The notes beneath the pieces are model-generated. The model was given only the letters and a program-made list of their open reading frames with translations, did no database searches and had not been told where the DNA came from. The position numbers and the translations under genes are program-made. From contig OZ076409.1 of the NCBI GenBank assembly GCA_964187785.1, forward strand, positions 38,318,001 to 38,382,000: 64,000 nt of DNA. Direction: 5' to 3'. This DNA is from Amphiscolops sp. MND2022 (Eukaryota). This document shows, in pieces, positions 1 to 12,602 of this stretch; the first letter of the stretch is position 1, and each line of letters opens with the position of its first letter.

Positions 1-1149
1 CTCTTAATCCTCTGCATCTTTTCAATTTCAATTCAAGTTAGCTCCACGTCAACACCGACATTCTACATTCAAGAAAAAGTTGGTTTGCTCAAAAGATTCT
101 CCAATGGATAAAGCAAGCAATGTAAGGATTTCCAGAACCAATTCGAAACTTGGTTTCACTAATCAAATCAATAACCAATTTGGAGGTCAACGAGTTCTAT
201 AAAATTGGCAACACTGTGGCTTTCCAATGCGCGGAGCATTCATAGTTTTACCTTGATGTGCTCTGAAACTGAAATCCGTTGTTTCTGTCATACCTTCTGT
301 AAAATTCGATTCAGTTAGATCATGAAGCTGATGAATTTACCGCTTGCCCAAGTGTCGTATATACTCTGAAATTATTCACATTCATTTGATTCGTACATAA
401 TTCTGAATTTAAAAAGGGAATGAAAATGTAACGAAGGTTTCCGAGATTAACAAACTAATGCTGAAAATGTCTAACAATTTGACACCATAAAATTATGTAG
501 AACTTGTAGAACTATTTTGGTCACTTCAGGTGTATCAAAGAAACACTGACGAAATGCCATGACTATAGTCGGCTCTTTTCAAGAAAAGCGCCGACTAAAA
601 AAAGTATTTTGCATGATCTTATTGGACTAAGTCCAACAATTTACCATTTTTTGCATAATGATACGTAAATAACTACTTACGAAGAAGTTCCACAATGTCT
701 TGAAAATCATTTTCACGACACATTGGATGTTGTTTTTGGACAGCATACTTTTGGGAGCATATCCGCTCAAAGATAAGCAAACATACAAATTCGGCAATGT
801 TCTGGATATTTCTTTGCGAGATCAATCAATAAGAAGAGTAAGAGAAACTCCAATACGCGACGGTACACTCCAAGAGTTTCTGGACGAACCAGTAAAAGTT
901 CCACAAGGGATTGAAGCGGGATAATCTACATTTACGATACTCAAGAACTCCGGTTATACTGGAAGGACTTCGGGTAATGCTTACACAGTGCAACGATTCA
1001 CTTCAAAATTCAGTCGATTCTGAATCGATTCTGAATCTCTTGGTTAGGCAAAAAGTTTTGTGTTGTCATGTCATCAGCGATTGATGAAAAGAATCCTTAA
1101 GTAATTGCTAATGCACGCCCTCTTCCTCTTATGAGTGAAGATCACGTAC

Positions 1150-2560
1150 AGATGAAAACTTTATGCATTGAGTGTTCTTGATACCTGCACTAATGCTGGA
1201 CAAGTTCTTGTGCTGTCTCGTGGAGAGAAAAATTCGACTGTGTTTAGGTCTTAAGGAAATGGACGGGGCAATAAAAAGGATCCAGCGCCTTTACCTGATA
1301 CTGAGTGATCAATCATTTCGATCACTAATTCACTGTGTATTCGAAAAAAATATCTAACGTTTACCATCAAGTACCGGTCGATACCAAAAGTCAACGTTTG
1401 CTAAGTTTTTTCTACCTTTGGGTCTTTCTCTAAAATTTCAAAACTCCTGGTCATCCTACTGGCTGCTTCAGGGCTTTTGGACGACGTCATAGTTTATGGT
1501 TCTACGATGGAAGAGGACAATGCAAAACTGAGTGCTGTTCTGAAATGATTCGAATACAATAGTTTGATAACCAATTTTGACGAAAGTGATTTTGCTGGAA
1601 ACATTGAAAAGGTGGGTTTAAAAGTGTGTAAACGAGTTGGGATACGGGATACTAACTTCGCTAACAAAAATGCAAAAATTCCCTCTGCTAAGCAATCCTT
1701 TAGCTTCTGCTTGTAATTCATTCGGTCACTACCGTAAATTTTTTAAACCTTGAAATTCCTCAAAAGCTGCGTAGATCATGAAATTGTTTTCAAGTGGTCA
1801 GAACACCACGAGCCGTTCGAAAACTTTGCAATATGTTAAACAGTGATAAAATCTCTAGCACTGTATAATGCTTTGGGTAGAACAATTGTAACATGGGATG
1901 TTTCTTAAATTGGAATCAGTGGAGAAGTGTCTCAGTTTCAGGAAAACAGAGAGTACAAGACATGTTTCTTGTCAACAAGATATGTTTCTTTTCTCGTTCA
2001 TTACAAGAATATGGAAAAAGTTCAGTATACCTGAGTTAGAAGTATTAGCTTGTATTTGTAAATGCGAAAAAAATTGAACAATTTTTGAGGGGTAAACGTT
2101 TTAGTCAGAAAACTCATCACAAATCAGTGTGGCATCGTGGCACCTAACAATTTCGAAATTTCACTACTAATCATGAACTAGTATTCAATATGGCCAAAAG
2201 TTCATGCTCTGAAAATTACTCGAGCGGAACAAGTTGTGATACCTTCAAAAGTAAATTTCTCGCGTTTCAGTGTTCGTGAACTACTTCGATGTAATGAAGA
2301 GATTTTGCTCATACTAGTGCGGAGTTCAAAAATGTTGTGAAAATCAACGTGCTGCTTTAAAAAACAGTCCTTTATATTTTCCACGTGGCAGTGGTCTTGT
2401 AAAACGAATTAATCAAACAATTGGAATTTTAAAAAAAAATTGGACACCATTGGTCTGCAACGTTCAAATCTGTTCTGCAAACGTATCGAAATACTAGGCA
2501 TCCTACTTTCTGAAAGTCGCCTCAAGAAATGGTTTTAGGGCGTAAAATGAGAACAAAGTG
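1150..2560 (+). mobile_element. Highly decayed Ty3/gypsy pol relic (RT, RNase H and integrase fragments)
   Basis: Manual translation gives LDDVIVYGSTMEEDNAKLSAVLK* from 1477 (RT YxDD box), TIVTWDVS*IGISG and FSIPELEVLAC (RNase H), and PRGSGLVKRINQTI and LQTYRNTRHPTF*KSPQEMVLGRKMRT (integrase). Many stops and frameshifts; boundaries approximate. Confidence 0.75.
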
Positions 2561-4914
2561 TTCAATTATTCCAACGGACCCCTCGTCTCAAAGTCTGACA
2601 CAGCAAACGTTTTTCCTGGTCTATCTACTAAGAAACAAAATCATTCTCAACAATTAGAGGTGGGTGGTTATATTCGAGAAAGGCGATGGCTGAAAATCGT
2701 TTTCTTCTACACCTTGAGCATGTACAGTATGTGTTTAAAAGTTGAACCAAACGGTAGCAGCTTTTGAAAACCATATACAGCAAAAAATAGAGGTACATGA
2801 AAATTTAAAATGACAAAGATGAACAATTAAATGATGTAATAATCTCAAGAGGACATTTTGCCCTGTTGGGTAAGCGTTAGATATCAGGCGTAAAAAGTAG
2901 AATTTGTAGAACTTATTTGGTGACTTGGACAGGATTGGAAAAAAATAGACTACGGAAAGTTCATGCCGCTGAACAAGACTCGATTGCAGGAGCCTGAAAG
3001 TTGATGATAGTCTATTGCAACTTCTATAGGCGGCAACGAGGCTGTTTCGACAAGACGAAAAAGGCACGTAGCCGGATTTTCAGAAAGACTACAATCTTTG
3101 TGTATCTGTCGAGCTCGGCGAGTTTGCGTGTCATGCTCTCGCATGTCATGGTAAAATGCGTAAAAGGACATTTGAACAGTTACATACTACACCAGTTTCA
3201 TTGCTTCTAGAAGTTGAAATACATCGAATGGTTGACGTACATTCTCGATCCGAATGCTCTAAAAGTCTTCTCTTTATTCGGAAAGAAGGCTATATACTGA
3301 GTGAGAGAACAGCATGGAAAAGAACTTGGAGCACACAACGTAGGGCCTCTATCAAGAAAAATGTAAAAACTGTAGTCAAAATGCTTTTGCACATGACAGG
3401 GATTTGCTTTCTTCAGAATTGATTGCTTCTAATTGACAACTAGAAGGTGATGAATGCTATCCAAACACTTTTTGGCTCAAAACCGTGGGAAAATGAGTTT
3501 TAGATATTTTGATTAAGTATTTGTAAACAGAAATCAAAATCCCGATAAACAGCTCCACTTGAACCAATTCAAGAATTCTTATCCAATTGAACCCAATTTT
3601 GAAAAAGTTGAGCAAAATACGGGAAAATACTTTTGACCATTGTTAATATTCGACATTTATGATTTTAGTGTTACTTTAAGACCATCAAAGCAAAACGCGA
3701 AAATCGGACTCACTCGAATGATACTTAGCATAGAGCCCTTTCAGAAAAGTTTTGGTCGAAAGCTAATTTTTTTCATTAGAAAAATGAGAAATTTGCGGTA
3801 TTCTGATTCTGATTTACAATATCTATTGCTCCTTGAGGAAGATGCCACTCGGTTGTAAAACCCGTTGATAGAAGTTTGAGGCGAAAACCGATTCGATAAT
3901 AGCCAAAAATCAACAGTATAATCATTCGGGAAGTGATTTCTGGATATTTGAAAAAAAAAACGAAGTGCTCCTAAATTAGTTTGAAAAGGAGAAATATGCA
4001 ACCATTTCATAAAATACTAAATATGATTTTTCGAAAATATCTTGAATCAAGGTTGATGCTTGAAATTGAATGGTTTCCATCATTGATTATAATCTGATGA
4101 TGATCAACTTGATTAGAGCTATTTGAACAATGGTTGATTGAATTCAGCCGAAATGAGTCAATTTCTTGAGGTGGATGACTCCATTCAACAGATTTTGTCT
4201 TGAGCTCCGAGAATTGAACAATTGAGACTCATTTTAAGGGGCCCTTAAATTGTCAATTTGAAGAATAAAAACCAACTCGGAATTGAAAAACTCAAAACTT
4301 CGCTCTGATTAAACTTTTTGAAAAAGTATTGAAAAACTGGCTTCTGCATTCCCGTTCTTAATCAACTTAATCTTGATTATCCATTCTTAACATCTTTCAT
4401 CAATCAACTTTCATGAACTTAATAAGTATTCCGACTGAATACCCTGTTTTCAATTCACTTTTCTCACATGCAGCAACCAGTAGCTTTTCTCACATTTTGA
4501 TCTAGAAAAAAACATCGAGTCAAATATTGGACATGAAATGAAAAACGGAGTTTCTAGAGACAGCGAAGAAAACTTTGACAATACATAAAAAATGAGAAAA
4601 CGCTATTCAGGAGTTGAAAGAACAAGCCGCGAACGGCAAAAGCGCAGTATTTCAATACGTAAAAAAATCGTTCACGAGAAATTGTCAATCTCACAGTGCC
4701 GAAAAAACCAAAAGGGGACCATTGGCGTTTAAATATGCGTTCTGAAAATATTTTAAAAAACAAAAGAGAAAATTGTTTTGGAAAACTGAAAGTCGCACAG
4801 TGCCGAAAATAACCCTAAAATTCATATTTAACCCCCATAAATATGTCAAAATATTAGAGAGAGGACCCTCTCAATCAATTTGGCAATTTATAGTTATTCG
4901 GCCGGATTAAAACA

Positions 4915-5760
4915 AAACAAGACGGGAACGTCTAATGTCGGCGCTATGTGTAAGGCTGAAAGTCGCAGTTTTTCGTAGAAAAACGCAGACTATAGTAGTG
5001 ACTTTTTTAAGACCAACGAAGTGACAGATTTTATAAGCTTTATAAGCTGGCTTCCACTAACTAGCTTTCAATTTTTTCCTCATGCGGGTACTGTAGACGA
5101 GGATACTTGACACTTTGAAGTCGTTTTGCTATTTTTGAGCCTTAGATATGGCGCCGACTTAGGCCGTTCCCGGCTTGTTAAAATATGCGTGGAAGTTTTC
5201 ATGAAAAACTCCTGTTTTCGAACATCCGCCTCCTCGTTAATAAAACGCAAGATAGTTCGGATATAACGTCAAAAGTTCGGATACAGTGCTTCACTTCGGA
5301 CATTAAGTCAAAAATTCGGATAGTATTCAAAAAAATTATTGGATATATATTGACAAAACCTAATATCAGACAAAAATGAAAATTCTGAAACAGTTTCATA
5401 GTGCCAAAAAATCTGAAAGGGGGACTTTTGGATTTTTAACGTTCATTTTGTTGCAGAGTATCAAAAATACTCGAAGGGAGACCCTTTAGAAACATTTGAA
5501 AAATTTTCAAAAAAAAGTCGCACAGTGCCGATAAAATGGAAAGGGGAACCCTTTAGTTTCATCCGGTTTTGTAGGTTACGTTTAAAAAAGTAAAAAATGA
5601 AAAGGGGACCCTATGCACTAAGTTTCCGCTGGCCAGACTTGGCCTTAGTAGTTTTAGCAGTTTCTGTGAAATAGATGACCTTTTATTGTGAGGTCTGTGG
5701 TCTGGAGAAAAAAGGTCAGTGAGAGTCGGGCAATTTTTGCTTCACAAAAAGCGCCGATTA
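4915..5760. repeat. Cluster of partial DINE-1/HINE-like non-autonomous element copies in both orientations
   Basis: Family termini aacaagacgggaacgtc..gtcggcgc (about 4915), ccgacttaggccgttcccggcttgtt (to 5179) and aaaagcgccgattaa (5760), with internal gtgccgaaaa/aaggggaccctt units. Confidence 0.6.
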
Positions 5761-6231
5761 ACAACGCGCCAAAGCTACTATAACAATCGTGTTTCATTTG
5801 ATAAAGCGCCGACTGAAAATGAGAAAACTTCTGAAAAAATGCCCTTAAAGAGAAAAGGAAAGCTTTCCATCAATTAATGTAGGATGAACGGAACGCAATA
5901 TTTGAGATACCATTGAATTACTTTCGCACGCCTTAACCTTTAGAGCTTCTAATAAAAATTCAACAACGCAAATTCGAAAGAAATTCAATTTGTTTTTACT
6001 CAAAATAAATGACACCAAACACAAAAATTTAAACAAGATGACCTCAAATATACAATTTGTCGACCAGAATTGAATGAAAATTGAAAGTATCATGCATTTT
6101 TCTTCAATGGAGCTTTCATTAAAATTTACTTTCATAACAAAGTGTTACAATGTACATAGTGCCAACCAACATCAAACCCACGGATAAGGAAAGATGAACA
6201 CAAGCAACAAATAAACTAACACGGGCATTGC

Positions 6232-6288
6232 TATAAATACCAGTATCCCAACGACCTCACATTCATTCATCTCTGAATATTGCCAAAG
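6232..6288 (+). promoter_or_regulatory. TATA box, initiator and short non-coding first exon of cathepsin L
   Basis: tataaa at 6232; tcattc Inr-like sequence about 30 nt downstream; donor AAG|gtaag at 6289. The intron ends cttttag immediately before the ATG at 6528. Confidence 0.65.
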
Positions 6289-6527
6289 GTAAGATTACTA
6301 GACCCCTTATGTTCACTATTTCTCGAGAAAATCCTCAATTAATTAACTTGAAAAATTTTAGAAAAAAACTACCTCCCTAGAAAAATCAGGTTCAAGTTTG
6401 AAAACAGAACAAAACTCTTTGACTTTGCTTCTTGTTAGAAAACCGAAAGTTTTTTCATCAACTGAAATTGGTCATATTCATACCTCGATAATTTGGAAAT
6501 TGAAACCAACTCTTATTTTTCTTTTAG

Positions 6528-8003
6528 ATGAAACTGTTTTGCGTGATCGCTATCCTGTGTGTGGCCCAGGCTTTTGCCAGCCTTCCCGACAAGATCCTGC
6601 AGTCTCCCTACGTGGATCTGTGGAAACAATGGAAAGTGAAATTCAACAAGGTCTACGACGAGAACGTTGAGGAGATCAACCGATTCAACATCTGGTGCGA
6701 CATGCTCCAGAAGGTTAATGACCCCCTTATTTTTCTCATTCGTTAATTTCTGAGATAGAGATGATACAGCCTCAATTTGGAAAACTGTTACAGCACATCC
6801 ACTTTTACAATTCTGCTTATGAAGTTTGACGACGCGACTAAAATTTGAAAAATGAAAAACTAGAATTTGTAAAAAATTCGAGATGATTTCCTACTTCATA
6901 TTGATGTACCATTGGAATGATTTTCAGGTCATGGATCACAACATCCAATACGACCTGGGTCTGAAGACTTACGATGTAGAACTGAACGAATTCTCCGACC
7001 TCACTCCCCTGGAATTCACCTCCACCCGAAAGGGATACCTGGCCGCCAGCTCCCCCAGAGGTGTGGAATTCACCGGCAACGGAGAAGACGCCGCTCCTGA
7101 CTCTCAAGACTGGAGAACTCAGGGATACGTCACTCCTATCAAAGATCAGGGACAATGCGGATCTTGCTGGTCTTTCTCATCCACCGGCAGTTTGGAGGGA
7201 CAGCACTTCAACTCTACTGGTAAGATAAAACGAGTTTTCAACCAACCGCTATTCGACTCTTCAAATTTTGCTTTTCTAGAAAAAAGACTACGTAGACCCA
7301 TCGTTTTATATTCACTAAACAGAAACGGTAACTGACAATGGTAATTGACAATGGGAAGACAATTGTATCGAGTTACAGGTGAATCAAGTCAAGTAATTAA
7401 TATTGTTTTTTGGTAGAACTAAAAATGTAACAAAAAACATTCCAGGAAGAAACCATTGATTTAACACATGTTAATTTTGCAGGTAAATTGTTGAGCTTGA
7501 GCGAGCAGCAATTGGTGGACTGTGACAATACTTGCTACGGATGTAACGGTGGACGAGTTGACCTCGCCTTCGAATGGTGGATGAAACACCAGGGTGCTGT
7601 GCTCGAGTCTGACTACCCCTACCACGCACGAAACCAAAGATGCCAGGATACAGGCAAGACACACGTTGCCCAGCTGAAGAGCTACCACAACGTTGCCAAG
7701 GGTAGCGAGACCGCTCTGAAACAGGCCGCCGGAACCGTCGGACCCGTGTCCATTGCCATCGATGCTAGTCACTACTCTTTTCAGAGCTACCGATCTGGTG
7801 TATACTATGAGCCCCGATGCTCTTCCTACCGTCTGGACCACGCCGTTCTTGTAGTAGGATACGGATCTTCCGCTGGATCTGACTACTGGATCGTAAAGAA
7901 CAGCTGGGGAACCGGATGGGGACAGCAGGGATACATCTGGATGGCCCGAAACCGAAACAACAACTGTGGTGTCGCCACCGATGCTCTCTACCCCATTGTC
8001 TAA
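6528..8003 (+). CDS. CTSL: Cathepsin L-like papain-family (C1A) cysteine protease, 332 aa; exons 6528-6713, 6928-7219, 7483-8003
   Basis: Signal peptide [23 protein letters not shown]-like (EEINRFNIW) and GNFD-like (ELNEFSDL) propeptide motifs; catalytic [19 protein letters not shown] and VKNSWG. GT-AG introns are phase-consistent and give a 999 nt CDS. Confidence 0.96.
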
Positions 8004-8796
8004 CTTACAATGACGCCCCGATGATGATGTCACAAGTACTGACGACATCACAATGAACGGAAAAACAATCGACTTTGAAACCTCACTGACTCAACGACTA
8101 AGAAATTTTGTAGATTAGAAACTTGATCGGACTTGGTATCTTTCAACTATTTGGCGCTTTATGAATTTGAGATACAAATGATTCGAGAAGCTAAAAATGG
8201 TTAATTCGACTGCCGATGCTCACTAACTTAGTCATTAACTGTACTATAACTTCACTAGAACTGATTTTGCTGAGTTGCAATACAAAATGGTGCTAGAATC
8301 TCTTCTCGCCTTTGTAGAAGTAGTCACAGGTAGAACCCTAAAACTTCATGCTACCAACTGGCTATACTTACTATCAACAACACAGAGCATTTTCAGTAGG
8401 CAATTGCAAATCGCTAGTACTGCAATAACGTTTCCTAAAGCTGATCGTAAAGAAGTTGAACCAAACTTTGGCTGAAACGCAAAACAAGCGCATGTGTTCA
8501 AAGGTGTTGAACTTCAAGGTATTTGTGTCTCTTGAAAGCTACTTTAAATATTAAAAACAAAAAGAAAAACAAATAAGCAAAATTACACAACGTTGAAGCC
8601 ATTGAAATCAGTACCGAGTTACAAATGAAAGAGAAAGGAACATTGAAATCAAAAGCTAGAATTATGGGTAAAACACTATGGGGGTCCATTGTCACTGCAA
8701 ACAGTTGCAGAAAGCGAAAGGTTTGACATCGATGGAAATGAGTAGCATGAGAACAAATTTTGAGAGTAGAAAAAACTTGGAGCATGATTAGCCCAC

Positions 8797-11667
8797 CTGT
8801 AAATGTCAGGAAAATTTTCCTTGAGAATTGAGAGAACGCGAGTGCCCAGACCTGATCCAGTTCCCCCGCCCATTGAGTGGAGCAGAAAGAAACACTGAAG
8901 AGCGTCGCACGTCTCGGCTGCCTTGCGAACAACATCCAGGATTGGCTCTTCATACCGCATTCCGTAGTCGTAAAAACCTGAACAAGAAGTACTGTGCAAT
9001 GAAAACGACAAAATAAGGGTGCTAACATAAAAAATGCACACATTTGAGAGATATTTAATTTGCGCGCCAAAAATTTCGCATACTAAACTACTATGATTAC
9101 CCTCGGTCTAATTTGGGATCAAAAACTGTTGGCATTGAGTGCTGAGAAACTTCAAGCAGAGGCTTTCTGAGTTGTGAGTCGGAGTAAAGAAAATGGAAAT
9201 TGTTACTTCGTTACTCATATTTGAAGACTTGATTTCTGTAAAACGTAAGCGTTTATAGGACATAATTTGGCACATGAAGCTAAATACAAGGCACGTCTTA
9301 TAATAGGGGAAACACGACAGTTACTCAACTCATTTTCTCACGAGACAGGCTTTTGGGAAAGAAAGTAATTTACGACTCATATTCGAGAACTGTCTTATCT
9401 TTATGAAATTTGATGAGTGTCTTACATTCGGAGCATACTTTATAATGAGAAACACAGTTTTATAACTTCAAAATGAATAGTTTCAATTGGCAAGGCTACT
9501 GACCAACAGCCCAATTATTTCCACTGCCAGATACATCAGTGACTGTCTGCGTGTGCTCGAACAGATCACGCAAAGGTCCCTGCACCACTGAGTTCACCAC
9601 TCTTTCTTCCATGTCAATGAGAACAGCCCTCGCTTTCAATTCCTTAATCTTCTCACCCATTCTCACCTCCTGATAAAAAAACCTCAAAGCATTAAATGCA
9701 TTCGTCTGAACAAGGTTTATTACCTCAATCAACAAGACGAGAACGTCTAAAGTTGGCGCCATATCTAAGGCTCAAAAAGCGCAAAACTTTTTGGAAAAAA
9801 ATTTGAAATTTTTGAAAATTTTTTTCTTTCAAAAAAAGTCGCATAGTTGAAAAATGTAAAAGGGGGACCCTTCTGGATTTATTAACATACATTCCGTTGC
9901 AAAATATCAAAAAACTCGAAGAGGGGACCCTTTAGGGACATTAAAAAATTTTCGAAAAAAAAGTCGCACAGTGCCGAAAAAATCCAAAGGGGGGACCCTT
10001 TAGGCACGTCCGGTTTTGTAGGTTTCCTTGAAAAAGTAAAAAAGGGGACCCTTTGGACTAAGTTTGCCTTGGCGGGACTTGGCCTTAGGTGGTTTCAGGA
10101 TTGTTTCTAAAAAGTGGATCGATCAGTGTGTGTCTGAAGAAAAAAAACAGTCACTGCTATAGTCGGGCATTTTTCCCTTAAAGGAAAAGCGCCGACAAAA
10201 ATTATCAACAAATTTTTGAGTCAGAAACAATTGGGTATAATGCTTTCATTATAAGTCTTGATGTCATAGCTTGACATCTCTGGAATCCTGAATAATCAAT
10301 TTAATTTTCATGTGAAATTCTTGCGGAATCGGTATGTTTCACCGAACAGGAAATCAAAAAGTCGAATTTGATGGAATGGGTTAAGTCTAGATATCATGTA
10401 ACAACCCGGGAACGGCCAAATCGGCGCCCTGTTCAAGGTTCAAAAAGAGCAACGTGTGTTGAATATGCGAAAGGACTCTATTATGAAACTTTTCATCAAA
10501 TATACTGTGCCAAAAATACCCGAAGAGATACCCATAAGATTCGAAAACTACTTTTTCCTCAACTGGAAACATCGAAACAGTTTTTCGATTTTTTTTCAAA
10601 TTTCTTCGGTGCCAAAATACCTCAGTGCCAAAAAGGAGTTGGGCTTGCCAAACGCTTTTTTCAATCAAAAACATTTACGAAAGGGGAGGGGGTACTCTTT
10701 GAGCAAATGAAAAGTACCTAACGCGGAACATCAAAAACCCAAACTTTAAAAAAAATGTCAATTTTTTTTTGCTTTTGAAAAAGTCCCATAGTGCCGAAAA
10801 GTCCAGAAGACCCTTCCAGTTCGCAAAGCCCTTTTTTCAAGCCCAAAAGTTTTTAAAAAGTGAAGTTCCCTTTCTTCAAGTTTTCGAGAAAAAGCCGCAC
10901 AATGCCGAAATAAAACGTAGGTCTTTTCCACAATTACTGAGAAAACTCATCAGTCCCAAAGTACAAAAAAATAACCAAAGAGGTCAATCTTAAGACTCGG
11001 AAAACGGTCAAGAGAAAACCTTGAAAAAAACAGTGAAAAAAATTGAGAACTCAAAACCTCTAAATCCATATTCAAACGATTAACCAGTAGGCCAAATGGT
11101 CTTTACCGAACGAATATTCGTTCAATCAGTGCTCCGTAAAAGTGGACCGATCAGAGCTACTGGAGAAAAAACTAGTCACTGTAAGAGTCGTGCTTTTTCT
11201 ATGAAAACGCCTACTAAAAACGTTAAGAGCATTAGATCATAGATTCCATATATTTGTAGCACCAAATCGGGTGTTTGCTAAAGGACCACTTAAGTATCGT
11301 AATGGGTCTCTGGCAAAGTTTCTGATAGGTATGAAGCCAAACATTTTGGAGATACGGAAAAACTTGCATGTATCGAATCTTTTGGTTCGATTTAAAAGCT
11401 ACGATGATCAGAAATCAAATTCATACGAAAGAAAGGCCTGTAAAAAACATCTGATATTCTCCCACTCGGAATCTTGCTATACCAAACCAGTTTAATTTCA
11501 ATTACCTGTTGTGTCCGTGGTTCCACGTTTCTGAAGAAGCTGTTGAAGGCAGAATCGAACACTCCATTTGCATTGACTTCTGCATGTTCGCGAAGAGCCA
11601 GATCCCAGAAGCGCGACCCAATCTGGTTGCCACATTGCCCCACAGAAATAACGATGCTCTGCGTCAT
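8797..11667 (-). CDS. TUBE1: Epsilon-tubulin, N-terminal three coding exons (11667-11506, 9669-9504, 8977-8797); remaining exons not found in the window
   Basis: MTQSIVISVGQCGNQIGSRFWDLALREHA, LKARAVLIDMEE, DVSGSGNNWAVG and LHSMGGGTGSGLG match epsilon-tubulin. Splice phases are consistent; exon 3 ends YR at the donor AG|gtggg. Confidence 0.92.
9731..10200 (+). mobile_element. DINE-1/HINE-like (Helentron-associated) non-autonomous element, full-length copy in a TUBE1 intron
   Basis: Starts aacaagacgagaacgtctaaagttggcgcc; internal tandem units; ends atagtcggg...aagcgccgacaaaa (subterminal inverted repeat plus hairpin). Confidence 0.65.
10400..11220 (+). mobile_element. Diverged DINE-1/HINE-like element copy
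   Basis: Start aacaacccgggaacggccaaatcggcgcc; end gtcactgtaagagtcg...aaaacgcctactaaaaa. Confidence 0.55.
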
Positions 11668-12602
11668 CAACCCAGCACCACGATTCAGTTGCACAGATCA
11701 GTCACATGTCGGCTATCTTTACAATCAAACACCAAGTGATCTGAAATGATTTCAGGTGAATTGCACACTTCCAAAAACTCATCACAATCCAACCGTCATG
11801 ATATCAGGCTGATTTAAAAATTTGGTCACACGTCAATTGAAGTCATCTCTCAGGACAGCATGATTCAGAAAACAGTTTTCAATTGGTCATTTCGCGTATA
11901 ATTGATTGTAACTCAGTGGCAATGCAAAATTATTTGTTTCCCTTGAAAAGCAAAACGAAAACTGACTGGAGCAGCATTGCATTCAGAGATGTTTTCAAGA
12001 TGAATAAAATTAGTTATTTTCATTCGAATAAAAGATCATCGATGGGTAGTTTTTTTTCTGTAAAAACAGAAAATGAAAGCAAGCTCAAGTCAAAATAATT
12101 ATGATTTCTCACAAGAAATTACGGACCATGTATTTTTTTTACCTGAAGTATCCAAACAGTTGTAGAGACAACCCTCTAAGTATATACATTCATATAATAT
12201 TCTCTTATTAGTGACATATTTTTATTCAAGAACAAAATGTGCTTTCGTGTTGGGGGGAAAATTCCTAAGAAGGTGTACCTGGGGGGAAATAGATGACATG
12301 GTCCGAAATTACATACCATGTTGTTTGCAATGAAGACTCAAAATACTAAGATGAACCCATATTTGTTAGAAGAGAAGCATGAAAAGTGAGGCCTTGCCAA
12401 TAGAGGAAGCGATGTTGTGATATTGAACATACATCCTCTAGAACAATCCCTTTTTCCAGACGAACTCAACATAATCAACGTCAAGTTCATGGTTTTCGGG
12501 AATCCAACAGCAGATTCCTGTCAATTTCACATGATCGCATTTACATGTATGCTGAAGATGGATTCTGAGATAATCAAAATGATAAACTTTTAACCATGTC
12601 GG

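Noticed and set aside
2880..3430. Possible piggyBac-like transposase C-terminal remnant (KCKNC..H)
   Set aside because: Only a vague resemblance; no convincing catalytic motif or termini
7461..8051. 196 aa minus-strand ORF (also 6838-7155)
   Set aside because: Antisense shadow of codon-biased cathepsin exons; no recognisable motifs, and it is not the missing tubulin exon
8498..9070. 190 aa hydrophobic minus-strand ORF
   Set aside because: Alternate frame over TUBE1 exon 3 plus T-rich intron sequence
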